Shown here: positions 11,769 to 23,500 of the stretch, in pieces
Position numbering within the stretch: position 1 is the first letter of the stretch
Layout of the letters: every line of letters begins with the position of its first letter
Assembly: GCA_001643675.2 (NCBI GenBank)
Contig: LSRY02000006.1
Span: forward strand, 1,550,001 to 1,614,000
Length of the DNA: 64,000 nucleotides
Source of the DNA: Monocercomonoides exilis PA203
Lineage: Eukaryota > Protista > Preaxostyla
Reading direction: 5' to 3'
Notes under the pieces: model-generated
Databases searched by the model: none
What the model was told of the DNA's origin: nothing
The model's input: only the letters and a program-made list of their open reading frames with translations
Translations under genes and position numbers: made by a program

Positions 11769-14700
11769 ATGTCTGAATCTGTTACTGTTGCTTTAAGAGT
11801 TCGTCCTTTAAATTCCAAAGAAAAAAAAGAAAATTGCACAGAAATCCAAACCATTTCTGGAAAGTCGATTACCGTTGTTAACCCTAAAGAGTTTTGCATT
11901 TATCATTAATAAAATATTCATTTAATTATTGTATTTAGCAAATCAAAGAAAACTTTTTCCTTCGATTACGTGTATGGAACAAAGACTACACAAGACGTTT
12001 GAGAACTCTTTTTTCATCGGATTTTTTTATATGTGAGAAAAATAATTTTTTTAAAATTTCAGCAAGTTTTCAATGATCTTGGAAAACTGTATTTGGAAAA
12101 CTGCTGGAATGGATTTAACTGCACATTGTTTGCATATGGACAAACAGGAGCAGGAAAATCTTATTCTATGACAGGCTCTAATGATTCACCCGATACACGT
12201 GGTATTATTCCTCGTGGATGCGAGGAAATGTTTCGTAGAATTGAAGCAAATGATAACCCTGACGTTTCATACGAAGTTAAGGTATTTGCATTGGGCAATC
12301 TGTTTTTGTCTCGGATTTTGAACCTTTTTGCTTTAGGTTTCTTTCCTCGAATTATACAACGAAAAACTTCAAGATTTGCTTGATCCAAAAAGCAATAAAA
12401 ACATTAAAATTAGAGAATCTCCAACAAAAGGAGTTTATGTGGAAAATGTCGTAGAAGAGCTTGTCGAAAGTTATAAAGAAATTGAGGAAGTTCTGGAAGA
12501 AGGAGAAAAATCACGAACTGTTGCTGCAACAAACATGAATGCAACCAGTTCAAGATCTCATTCCGTTTTGACCATTTTCTTCACTCGTAATGAGGTATGA
12601 ATAAATTAGAGATTATTTATTTTTTTTATACTTTTTAATGACTCTTTTCTTATTCAGGTTATCGAAGGGAAGAAGACCCAAAAAGATTCCAGAATAAATC
12701 TTGTAGATCTTGCTGGAAGTGAACGTCAGGCTAAAACAGGAGCAACTGGACAAAGATTGGCTGAAGCAAATGCAATCAATAAAAGTCTTTCAGGTGTGTT
12801 TTGATACTCTATTATTCTATTTATTTTCAATGATAACGAATTTTTTTATATTTGATTTTTATAATTTTATCAATGAATGCAATGGGATTATCATAAAATG
12901 CATTGCCTTCTCCAGCTCTTGGAAATGTGATTACAGCGCTTGCCAACCAAGCCAAGGGTAAAAACGTGTTTGTGCCTTATAGAGACTCAATCTTGACAAG
13001 AATGCTTCAAGATTCGCTTGGAGGTAACAGCAAAACCATTATGATTGCTGCCATGTCGCCTGCATCCACAAACTATGATGAAGGTTTGAGAAAATTATTG
13101 ATATTTGAAAATTAAAAAAAAAATGTTATTTTCTATTCATTTTTTTATTAATATTTTAATGTTTGATTTTGAAAAATTCTATCAATTTTCTGTGAATTCA
13201 CTATTCATGAAAATATAACCAACATCCATAATTCTCATATCTTCTTCATTTTATTCCACAAACATAAACAGGTGTCTCAACACTTCAATACGCTGATCGT
13301 GCCAAGCAGATCAAGAACACACCAGTTGTCAATGAAAGTGAAAGCGACAAGCTCATCAAGGAATTGAGAGCACAAATCGAAGAACTCCAGCAGCAGCTGA
13401 GTGGAAACGGAGATGCTGCACAAGGCGGAGGTTTGATTATCTTAACAATGAGGAGGGATTTTTTTGTATTGCTTTTATAATAATTTTGGTCAATATGCTT
13501 TAATGAAATTATATTTAATCTTTATGCTTTTAATTCCTTTTATTGTAATATTTAATAATTTTCCTCTAAAACATTGTTTTTTCTTTCTTTTTCTACTCCA
13601 TCACTTCAGCTGTTGAATTAACAGCCGAAGAGAAAGAAGAAGCCGCAAAATTAGAAGCCGAACGCGCTGCCCTTGAAAAGAACAAGGAAGAAACCCAACA
13701 AATGGAAGAAGCACTCGAAGCCCAGCGTTTGGCGTTTGAGAAAGAGAAAGAAGCACTGAGGAAGAAAGCAGAAGAGGAAGGCAACCAAATGACCGAAGAA
13801 AGCTTAATGAAGGCGATGGAAGACAAATTACAGGAGCTGGCGAAGCAGCAGGAAGAAATGAACGAGAAGAAGAAGAGAGAGGCAGAAGCAACTGAACAGC
13901 TGCTGGTGAAGGAGAATGAAATGAAAGCGATCCAAGAACAAAAAGAGCAGGCGGCAAGTGATCTTGCCATTGCCATGAGCCAACTGCAGAGCATGACGCA
14001 GTCGATGGAGGAGAAGAAGGCAAAAGCACAGGAGATGCACAAGAAGAGACAGAGCTACTTGCAAGACATGGGGCTTTCGACTTCTGAGATCGCCGAGATG
14101 ATGGGGCTGAGCAAAGGCGCTCCACAACTGAGAAACTTGTCATTCTCGCCTGATATGGCGGGTGGGCTTGTGTTCTATTTGAAGCCAGGTGCGACGATTG
14201 TGGGGAGCGATTCACAGAAAGCAGACATTGTGAGCAAAGGATTAGGGATTTTGGACGTGCACGCGAAGCTGATGCTGGATGAGGAGAAAAAAACAGTCAC
14301 ATTGACGCTTCCTGAGGAAACGCTGGCAAAAGGCGGGAAAGTTGTGGTGAATGGAAAAATTGTGAGCGAAAGAATGACAGCAATTGAACCAGGCGATCGT
14401 ATTATATTCGGGAGGAATTTCATGACCCGTCTGTATTACGATGACAAAGCACCGATTAAGCCACTTGGAGTGGATGCAGAAGAGTCAACAGAGATTATGC
14501 AGGCAGAGCTGGCTGTTGCAAACGGAAAAGCAGCATCGGCTGAGGAGTATCTGAAGAAGCAGAAGACGATTGGGTGGCTGATGCATGCCGATGATGTGAT
14601 TGACGAGGCGAATGAGATTGCACAAACACTCCAGAGGAAGATTACATACGGAATGGACATTGTGGAGGAGAAGAAGACGGTTGTGGTGAAGGTGAATTCA

Positions 14701-16137
14701 TTCGAAGAGTCAGCCACACAGGAATGGACGTTGGACGAATTGGAGAATGAGAAGCTGCCTCAGATGCGTCTTGTTCTGAAGGATTACTTGGAGAACGGCA
14801 TTGTTCTCGATGCACCGGAAATTGATCCGTTTTTCGATCCTCCGCAGGACGAGAAAGTGGGAGAGTGTGGAATGACGATGGCGCGTGTGTTTGTGGATGG
14901 AATAACCGAAAAGACACTTGTGATGCGAAGAGAAGTGGAAGACGAGGAGTTGGATGCGCTTGACAGCTCAGACAATGAAAATCCATTTGACAGCGCTGAA
15001 GGAACAGCCTCTTCATCATCGTCTTCTTCTTCTTCAGATAACAGCACAGCTGAAGAAGAGAAGATCAAAGCCAAAGCGAAAGGCATTGAATATGGTCGTG
15101 TGGATGTCGTGATGCAGCTGCAGATGAGGAAAGCTCCTGTTCCAAGCACAAAAGACCCGAAGAAGCTTGTTAAGCAGCCGATTATTGCAATCCCCAGGAA
15201 GGAGAAGACAGCTCAGATGGAAGAGGAAATAAAAGCGAAGACAGAATTGGCTCTTCCAGCATCATCAGCAGAATCGTCTTCTTCATCTGCCTCTGCAAGT
15301 GCCAGTGCTTCAAGCTCTTCTTCTTCTTCTTCTTCTTCTTCAAATGCATCGAAGACAAGCAAAGGCAGCAGCGGAGGAAAGAACAAATATGAGACGAGCG
15401 AGACAGAACAGCGCAGAAAGAGAAGGGGCACAGAAGGAGACGACTCTGTTTCGTCGACATCGACACACGATGCAGTTGATTTAGAAGCAGTCATTGGCAA
15501 CACACTTGTTTTGACAATTGATGTGAAGGGAATGCAATTGTCGCCGTTTGTGCAGACAACAAGTGGAGTGTTTGTGCGCTTCCAATCACCTCTGGAGACA
15601 GAAGTGATCACAAAAAGAACAGAAATCGCAGAGGAAGTTGAGGTGCAGCTGAACAAGCTGGAGAAGATGAAGGCGATGCAAGAGGAAGAGAAAGCTGATC
15701 AAATTGAGAAGACGAAGGAAAGTGAATGCACAGGTGATTCAAACACACAAAAAGCCGAGCAAACTGAAGAAGCAAGTGAAAAACTGAAGAGAAAGAGGAC
15801 GGTGAAGAAGTACAAGTACTCCAATTCGGAAGCTTCATACACTTTTGAGATTGCAAATGTGACGAAGAAGGACATTGAGCATCTGTCTTCTCTTTCAATC
15901 GTGTTTGAGGTTGTGGGCCATGCCTCGTCGCACAAACAGCCTTCGACAGAAGAAACAGCCAAGCTGGTTGCACTGAGGCAGAAGACAGCGAAGAAGAGAG
16001 CGGAGAAAAAGAAGGCTGAAGTTGAGTTGAAGGAAAGAGAGGAAGAGTTGAAGAAGATGAAGGAAGAGATGGACGCACTTGCAAGTAAAGTAACAGAGCT
16101 CGAAAAAAGTGAATCGTCAAGTTGTGTCATTCTATAA
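11769..16137 (+). CDS. Kinesin-3 family motor (KIF13/16/28-like) with coiled coil, FHA domain and C-terminal CaaX (CVIL); 8 exons, 1215 aa
   Basis: [14 protein letters not shown]-loop [39 protein letters not shown]-like [10 protein letters not shown]...HAKL...VNGK...GDRIIFG. Exons 11769-11890, 11939-11996, 12063-12281, 12337-12594, 12658-12793, 12916-13083, 13272-13430, 13610-16137 sum to 3648 nt. Confidence 0.93.
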
Positions 16138-16663
16138 AATTTGATTTTTAACAAAGCGTGAATTTGTATTTCACAAGAAATAGCTATTTTTAAATGGCAA
16201 AAATTCACTTTGAAAATTCATTTCTTTTAACAAATTCTATCTTTCAGATTAAGTTTTTTTCGTCATTTTCTCACGTATTCTTCCTTGATAAACCAATTCT
16301 GTCGGTTTTTGAACCGTTGTCGACAAATTTCACATTCATAATATTTAATTTTATTCATATTTTTTATTTTATATTCATATTTTTTATTTTTACAAAAATT
16401 TTGAATAATGATTTGAAAAATATTTATTTTAACAATTTTTTTTATAAAATTAGAAATGCAAAAGTTTTGAAATACTCATAAAAATGAAATTTGATATGTT
16501 CTTACAAAAAAAGAACCAAACATAAACAATTTGATCATAACCATAATTTATTTATGATATTTGTGCGCAAATAATAAGGAAATCAATGATAATTATTATA
16601 TATATCTTTTCATTTTTTTTAAAAAATTAATATTTTTAAAAATATTAGAATTATTTTGAAATA

Positions 16664-17113
16664 ATGCCAGCAAAGAAAGTCGATTCACCAGCTACAGATA
16701 AGAAGCGCGTTGAAGTTGCAAAGAAAGCACCAGTGCGTGTTAAGAAAGCTGACGGTGACAAGAAATCAAAGTCTCGCTCAGAGCGCGCAGGACTGCAGTT
16801 CCCAGTTGGGCGTATCCATCGTCTGTTGCACCAAGGAAGCTATGCTGAAAGAATTGGAGCAGGAGCACCAGTGTACTTAGCTGCTGTTTTGGAATACTTA
16901 ACAGCCGAAGTGTTGGAGCTTGCAGGAAACGCATCTCGTGACCACAAGAAGCAGAGAATTGTTCCCAGACATATCCAGTTGGCTATTCGCAACGACGAAG
17001 AGTTGAACAAACTTCTGTCACACATCACAGTTCCATCTGGAGGTGTGATGCCAAACATCCACAGCGCTCTGATTCCAAAGAAGTCTAAGACTGGAAACGA
17101 AGAAGAAGAGTAA
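16664..17113 (+). CDS. H2A: Histone H2A (intronless, extended Lys-rich N-tail, no SQ motif)
   Basis: [17 protein letters not shown]...[26 protein letters not shown]...[18 protein letters not shown]. Confidence 0.98.
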   Translation: MPAKKVDSPATDKKRVEVAKKAPVRVKKADGDKKSKSRSERAGLQFPVGRIHRLLHQGSYAERIGAGAPVYLAAVLEYLTAEVLELAGNASRDHKKQRIVPRHIQLAIRNDEELNKLLSHITVPSGGVMPNIHSALIPKKSKTGNEEEE

Positions 17114-17591
17114 ATTTTTTCAAAAAATATTAAATTCTTGTTATTTTTTTTTGTGTGTTTATTAACACAGTTTTCAATAAACTTCTATAATAATAAAAAT
17201 TTCTTATTTTGTTAAAAAAGAAAACGAAATAAATATTTTAAAAAGTAAATTTTGAACTGTTAAAAAATTTTTACAAGCTGAAAAACTGTTGGAATAAGTG
17301 AGTCATAAAATGAAAAGATTTGTAATTAATGGAAAGTTGAAAATTAATCTTTATGAAAACTTTTTCAAAGAAATGAATGATCTTTGGTTGTGTTATATAA
17401 TTAAATTTATTACGTTGTTTCGTTTTGATTTTCAAGGCTTTTGGCAAACTTTTCAGCAAAAATATAACATTGGATAGATTTAAGCATCTTTTTAATTTCT
17501 GTTGTTGGGATTTTATTTGCCTTACTCCTCATTTAAACTTTCAACCCTATTTTTTGTTGTTGAACGAGACTTTTGCTTGAACACAAAAGAT

Positions 17592-20500
17592 ATGAAATTC
17601 ATAATGTGTTTTGAACTGCTGGCCTATTTGTGTGCCACAGAGGACTGCAAGAATATTATCAGTCGAGAATCTTCTCGATGGAAGCAATCAAATATTAATG
17701 AATATTGCTTAGATGAGGTTTGTGACTCTGTTGCTTGCTTTGAAAATCATAGCTTTTTTCCTCGTTATTATTTATTGTGTGGGTTATGCTAGCAGAGCTC
17801 GATGTCTGCATCTTTCTCTTTGCAAAATGCTTCGACACAAATATGTTTCACAACATTTATGGTGGCAGGAAAAGAGTCCCTTGTCAGGGTCAGAGCGAAT
17901 TCTTTTGCCAGCGCATCTTCTTGTGCGATAGATGTTGTGAGAAAGGCCGACGACTCGCCAATGCTCAGCTTTGATGGAAATGTGCAGCTGTGCAATGTTT
18001 CTTTCAATCTTCGTCAACATGCTCAACACTTTCCGCTTTTGGATTCTCCACTTTCGTGCGAGCATTTGGCGCTGTCGAGTGAGCTTTCCATTGTGTCGTG
18101 CACTTTTGCGGATTTTGTTCATTTGTCTGTGCCGTTTTTGCCTCCGTCGATTGACCATGTTTCTGTTGAAGGTGCAACTTTCAGGAACGTGTCGTCATCA
18201 GCACTGCATTCACGGCAGGCGCTTTGTGCATTTTCACAGGCATGCTCTTTCGAGAGCTGCTTGTTTGGATGTGCGCGTGATGCGTTTGATGGGGGAATTA
18301 CATAGTCAATCAATTCTGAGCACGTGCCAAGGCTTCATTTTCTCAATAACACGTTTTCACTGTGCCGGCGCACTTCGAATGTCAATGTCAACGGATCAGA
18401 GGGAAATCCACAAAAACCGTCGAGACAAACTGGATTGAGTTCCGAGATGAATACATTTGCTTGGTGCGAATGGACAGGTTCGAATGGAAGTCGTGGAGGA
18501 GCAATCTTTGCCGATTCAGCATCTGTACAATTGACTGTTTCTTTTTGTTTGTTCAACACTTGTTATGCAGGAAGTTATGGAGGGGCAATATATGCTGTTT
18601 CAAATTCATATATCTGGGTGAGAAATAGTTCATTTTTCAAATGCGAGACAACTTAATACGATGGCGGAGGGCTTTATACGCAAAATATCAGCAATTTTTG
18701 CCTTGTTTCCAATTGTTTTTTTATGGAATGCAATTCCACATACAGTGGAGGAGGGCTTCATGTGAGGTTGCAAACTCCAATATCTTTTCAGGGAGAGGCA
18801 GAAAAAATCGAATGCACTGTGATTAATAACTGTTCATTTGTTACCTGTTCTGTGGCAGAAAGAACTGGTGGTGGGCTTTGCTTTCGTCCTGCTCCAGATG
18901 TTCGCACAGTTTCCAAAAGCTGTATTTTTTACAAATGCACAGCTTCTTTTCAAGGGGGTGGATTGTCATTAGAACCACTTTTTGTTAAAGAAGGTTCTCA
19001 AAAATTATGTTCATTCTTTCAATTTCAAGATTGTTATTGTTCATCTTCCGATGCTCAAGGGCATGATGTTTTCATAGATGATCAAAAAGACAAAATTTCA
19101 GATTCTGCTTTATTTGAATGTTTCACATCAAATCCTTCTGAGCAAAGAGTGTGCTGGCGCACAAGTGATTAAGAGATTATATACAAAAAGGATTGTATTC
19201 TTGATGGATTGACTCTTTTTGCATCCTCAGAGGGATTGCTGTCAGAGCATTGTGGCTTTCAAAGATCTTCCGCCTGTAAGACCATTGACTACGCACTGAA
19301 CACACTTTTTGGTGGAGTGGCTTCATGCAAGTTAGTTTTGCTAGAAAGTTCATTTGACCCACAGTTTGTTGAAGCGACGAACAGAGATATCATTGTTTCA
19401 GGAGAAGATAAGGGAAACACAATTTTATCCACCACATCTGCATCAGGATCATCGCTGTTCGTAGCAGCGAATGGCCATTTGGAAGCAAGCACGTTTTCGA
19501 TTGAGCATTCAAATGAAAGAAGAGATGTTTCGTTGTTTGCCGTTTCCAGAGGAGGTGTTCTTGATCTCAATGACATTATGATTGCATCATCAGCAGATCA
19601 CACATCATCCACTCATTTCACTACATCACTGTTTGTTTTTGGGACAGGAGGGATTGCGACGCTTTCGGGCATTTCTGTTGAAAGGTTCTTCCTTTTGGGA
19701 GTTTCAGCATTTTCGTTTGATTCGTCAGAAGTGTCCGAAAATGAGGAGCAGAAACTGACACTGGATGCCTGCACCTTTTGTGAAGTCAAACGAAGTGGAG
19801 GGAAAGGATGAGTGGTGATTGGATGGCAGATGGGCAGGCAAGACATCTTGTCAATCAACAACTGCACATTTGAGGATTGTGAGACAGGAAATGGGAGTGG
19901 AGGAGCAATCAACATTGAAGCAAACTCGACGAGCGAGGTGAGAATCGGAAATGAATCAAACACTTTGTTTGAAAGTTGTTTGGCATCAGAAAAGCCAGCT
20001 GCACAAGTGAAAGGCGGAGGCATATTTCTTTGTATTGGCTCAGAACCTTCTGGAATATTGCTGAAAGAATTGAGCTTTGTGAGCTGCCGTGCTTGGAAAG
20101 GAAGCAAAATTTTTATGGATGTTCCGGACATTCGCACAGCACTGGCGAGTAATTTTCTGCAGTTCGAGATACCACAGGGGGAGCAGACAGAAGAGGAGTT
20201 TATGGGATTTGAGGGAGGAAATCGCGATTACCCGATTCCTTTATATTTTTATCTTGTGGATGTGACTTTACTGACATATATTGGCGGAGACAATAACTTT
20301 GACTTTGATGTGTGTGGATATCGCAACTATCCGTGCAGCACAATCGCGTTTGCGGCATCAAAGCGATCAGACTTTGCGAAGCAGACTTTTGTCCTGAAAT
20401 GCGGGTTTCTATGGAAGGAATATCTGGTTTTGAAAGATTCTGAATGGAACATATATTGCGAAGCTGCATCGACAGAAATAGAAATTGGAGTGGAAGAGGC

Positions 20501-23500
20501 AAAAGAGAGCAGCAGTTTGGTGACGACAATGGCGAAGACGTTGATGAGCAATATTTCGTTTGTTATTCCATCGAGTTTGGGATCGTGCACCGAATCGCTG
20601 ATGAAATGCACTCAATCAGAACTATCCTTGGAAAACTGCTCGTTCTTTGCGAATGCGAATTCCAACAACAAAATTAAATTTTGTGTGATGCGTGGGGTTG
20701 GAGGGAAAATCAGCCTTGAAGGAGTAACATTCAAGGACTTATCTTTTGAAATGAAGCAGCTCTTGGATTTTGATGCAAGAGGTGGAGCCGAGATTGAACT
20801 GAAGATGGTCTCTTGCCATTTTGAAAACACAACAACAAATCTGGAGTCTGGATTGGTGCAAATCAGAAACATTGGGAAGTTGTCTGTTGGTAATTCGGCA
20901 TTCTGCATGAGTGAAGAGCCAGCATGTGCGCTTTTTGAAGTGAGTGGAGTGAGTGTGTTGAATCTGGAGAACAGCACATTTTCAGGGGTGAGCAGAGGCA
21001 TAGGATGTGGAGGAGTGATTTCTGGGAGAGTTTGTGAAGGAGATTTGATGAACATCAGCGATTGTTCGTTTCTGTCAAACAACATCACAGGAAGTGGGAT
21101 GAAAGGCGGGAGCTTGTTTGTTGCTGTGGAAAGCAGCGGGTCATTTGTTTTTGACAACAACACGGTTTCAGAGAGCAAAGTCAGTGCAGAAAATGGGTTT
21201 GGGGGAGGACTGTTTGTGACACTGGAAGTGGCAAATTGTGTGTATTCATTGAAGAATATTGTGTTTTCAGAGAATGGGGCAAAGAAGGGCAGAAACCTCT
21301 ATCTTATGTGTCCAACACCACGATTTGTTGTTGAGCTTGGTTTATTTGCAGGGTCAGTGGAAAAGGAAATGAGAGAGACAGACATGTGGGTGTTTGACGA
21401 TGTGAGCACACACAAAGTGGATGAGTCGATGAGAAAGTATCTGTTTGTGTTTGATGAGCAGACGATGTTTGTTGACACAGAGCTTGGGGCGAGGATGGAG
21501 AGGTGTGGGACAGAAGTGTTGCCGTGTCTGACGATGGACGAGGGTTTTGGAAAGATGGCAGCCGTTCATAAGAGAATGCATATTGTGAGATCGGTTGTTG
21601 TGGAAAGTGAAATCAAGCGAATTGGCTTGTCGCTGAAGATACAAGGCTGCGAAAAGAAGTCTGCGCTTGTTGTGAAGGAAAACGGTCACTTTGAGCAGAC
21701 AAATGGAGCAAATGATCTGTACATTGTGTTCAGCAAGATATTGTTTGAGCTGCCTGGGGTGTCAAACAATCCAGAATTGATAACTATTGGCTGTGGAGAG
21801 TTGGATATCATTGATTGCATTTTTGATGGCTTTTCAGAGGCTGTGCCTGTGCTTGTGACAAATTTGTTGATTATTCACTCGACAGGAGGGTCAGTGCATG
21901 TGGATGGGACAGAAATGAATAGTCTGCAGTTTGAAGGGAATGGAGGATTGTGCTGTGCGCAAGGGGGCTTTCTTTTGATGGAGAAGACAAATGTAAGAGG
22001 AGTCAATGCGACAAAGTCGGGAGTCATCAAAGTGGAGCGAATGAGTTCAATAATTTTGTCGACTGTTTCGTTCGAGGAGTGCACTTCCGCTGTTTGCAGC
22101 AATGTGGAAGTTATTGACTGTTTGAAAGCGGAAATTAATAATTGCACTATTAAAGGATGCATTGGAGAGAAAGGAGATGGTGGGTTTATGAGTTGTATGA
22201 TGGAAGGAAGAGACGAGCTGAAGATCTTCAACTCGAGCATGAATGGTTGCAATGCAAAGGGAGATGGCGCAAAGGGAGGGGGAATGTTCCTCGGTTTTTC
22301 GGATGATTCAGAGAATTGCTATTTGCTGGAAAAGGTGTCATTTGAATTGAATGTGGCAGCTATTGGAAAGAACATTTTCATGAAAGCTTCGGACTTGAAT
22401 GTTACAGTGAAGAATGGTGCTTTTGATTTAGAGTATTCTTCGATGAAAGATGATGAGAACGCTTTTGTGGGGAGTGACTTGGCGTTTAAAGAAGTCAGTT
22501 TGTTTGTATTTCTGATTGAGTATTCGAGCTGGTCAGTTCACATATCTAGCACTGGTCACGATGTTGCTGGGTGTGGAAGCGAGAAAATGCCATGTGGCTC
22601 ATTTTGGAAGGGTGCCGAACATGCTGACAATTCTGGACAAGTTGGAGAAATTACCATCGAAGGAACTGTAGAATTGAGGGATAGCTACGATCTATCAGGA
22701 TTTATTGTTAAAAGCCAGCAGGATGAAGATTCTGGGATAAAGCATGAGATTTTATTGTTCAAGAACAAAATTGCAGAAGACAGCAAAGCGTATTTTGAGA
22801 ATGAAAAAAAGCTGACGTTTCAGATGATGAACTTCACGATAGATGGCAGTGCGAATGGAAGGATGCTGCTTATCGAAAGTAACAGCGGAGTGATTTGCAT
22901 GACGCTTTGTTCGCTACTTTCGATTGCAGCTTTGTCGTCATCATTGTGCAAAGATTTCACATTTCTTCACATGAAATCTGGGAGTCTGAATGTATCAGGG
23001 CTGTATATTGAGGTGAGTCGGATGAAAAGCAATGTAATGGATGTGGCGAGCAGCTGCCAGTGCGACATGGTTAATGTGAGCGTATTCAACAGCGTGATGG
23101 AGGATGGGTCAGTAATTGCGATGGAAGAAGCCCTGCAGAGCGAAGGAAATCAAGAAAGTTATCTGATATTGAGGGACTCTGCAATTCAACGAGTGAAGCG
23201 AGTGGATGGCGGGGCGAGTGTGCTGACTGTACCGACAAAGCTGACGACTGATGTGGAGATTAACAATAGCGTGCTTGAAGTGTGTGCAGCAGGTGCTACA
23301 GCGAAAGGGGGAGCAGTGTTTGCTGACCTGAGCAAGGAAAGCATGATCCGGACGGTGAATTCGAAGGTTATTCAGTGTGGATGCTCTGTGACTATGGGTC
23401 GAGGAGGGGGATTGTATCTGGCGCTGAAGTATTCAGGGGAGCTGGGGATGCTGTTTGAGAGGGACGAGTTTGACTCGAACAGCGGAAAGGAAGGGAGAGA

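Noticed and set aside
17114-17200. Metazoan-type histone 3' stem-loop after H2A or H2B
   Set aside because: No GGYYYTTYTNARRRCC-like hairpin; only A/T runs.
18303-19811. Alternative genetic code (TAA/TAG = Gln, as in some oxymonads) or selenocysteine explaining the in-frame stops
   Set aside because: H2A, H2B, kinesin and DMXL end at TAA at their expected C-termini, and the 5,700-codon exon has no in-frame TAR. The TGA sits at a Gly position and no SECIS was identified.
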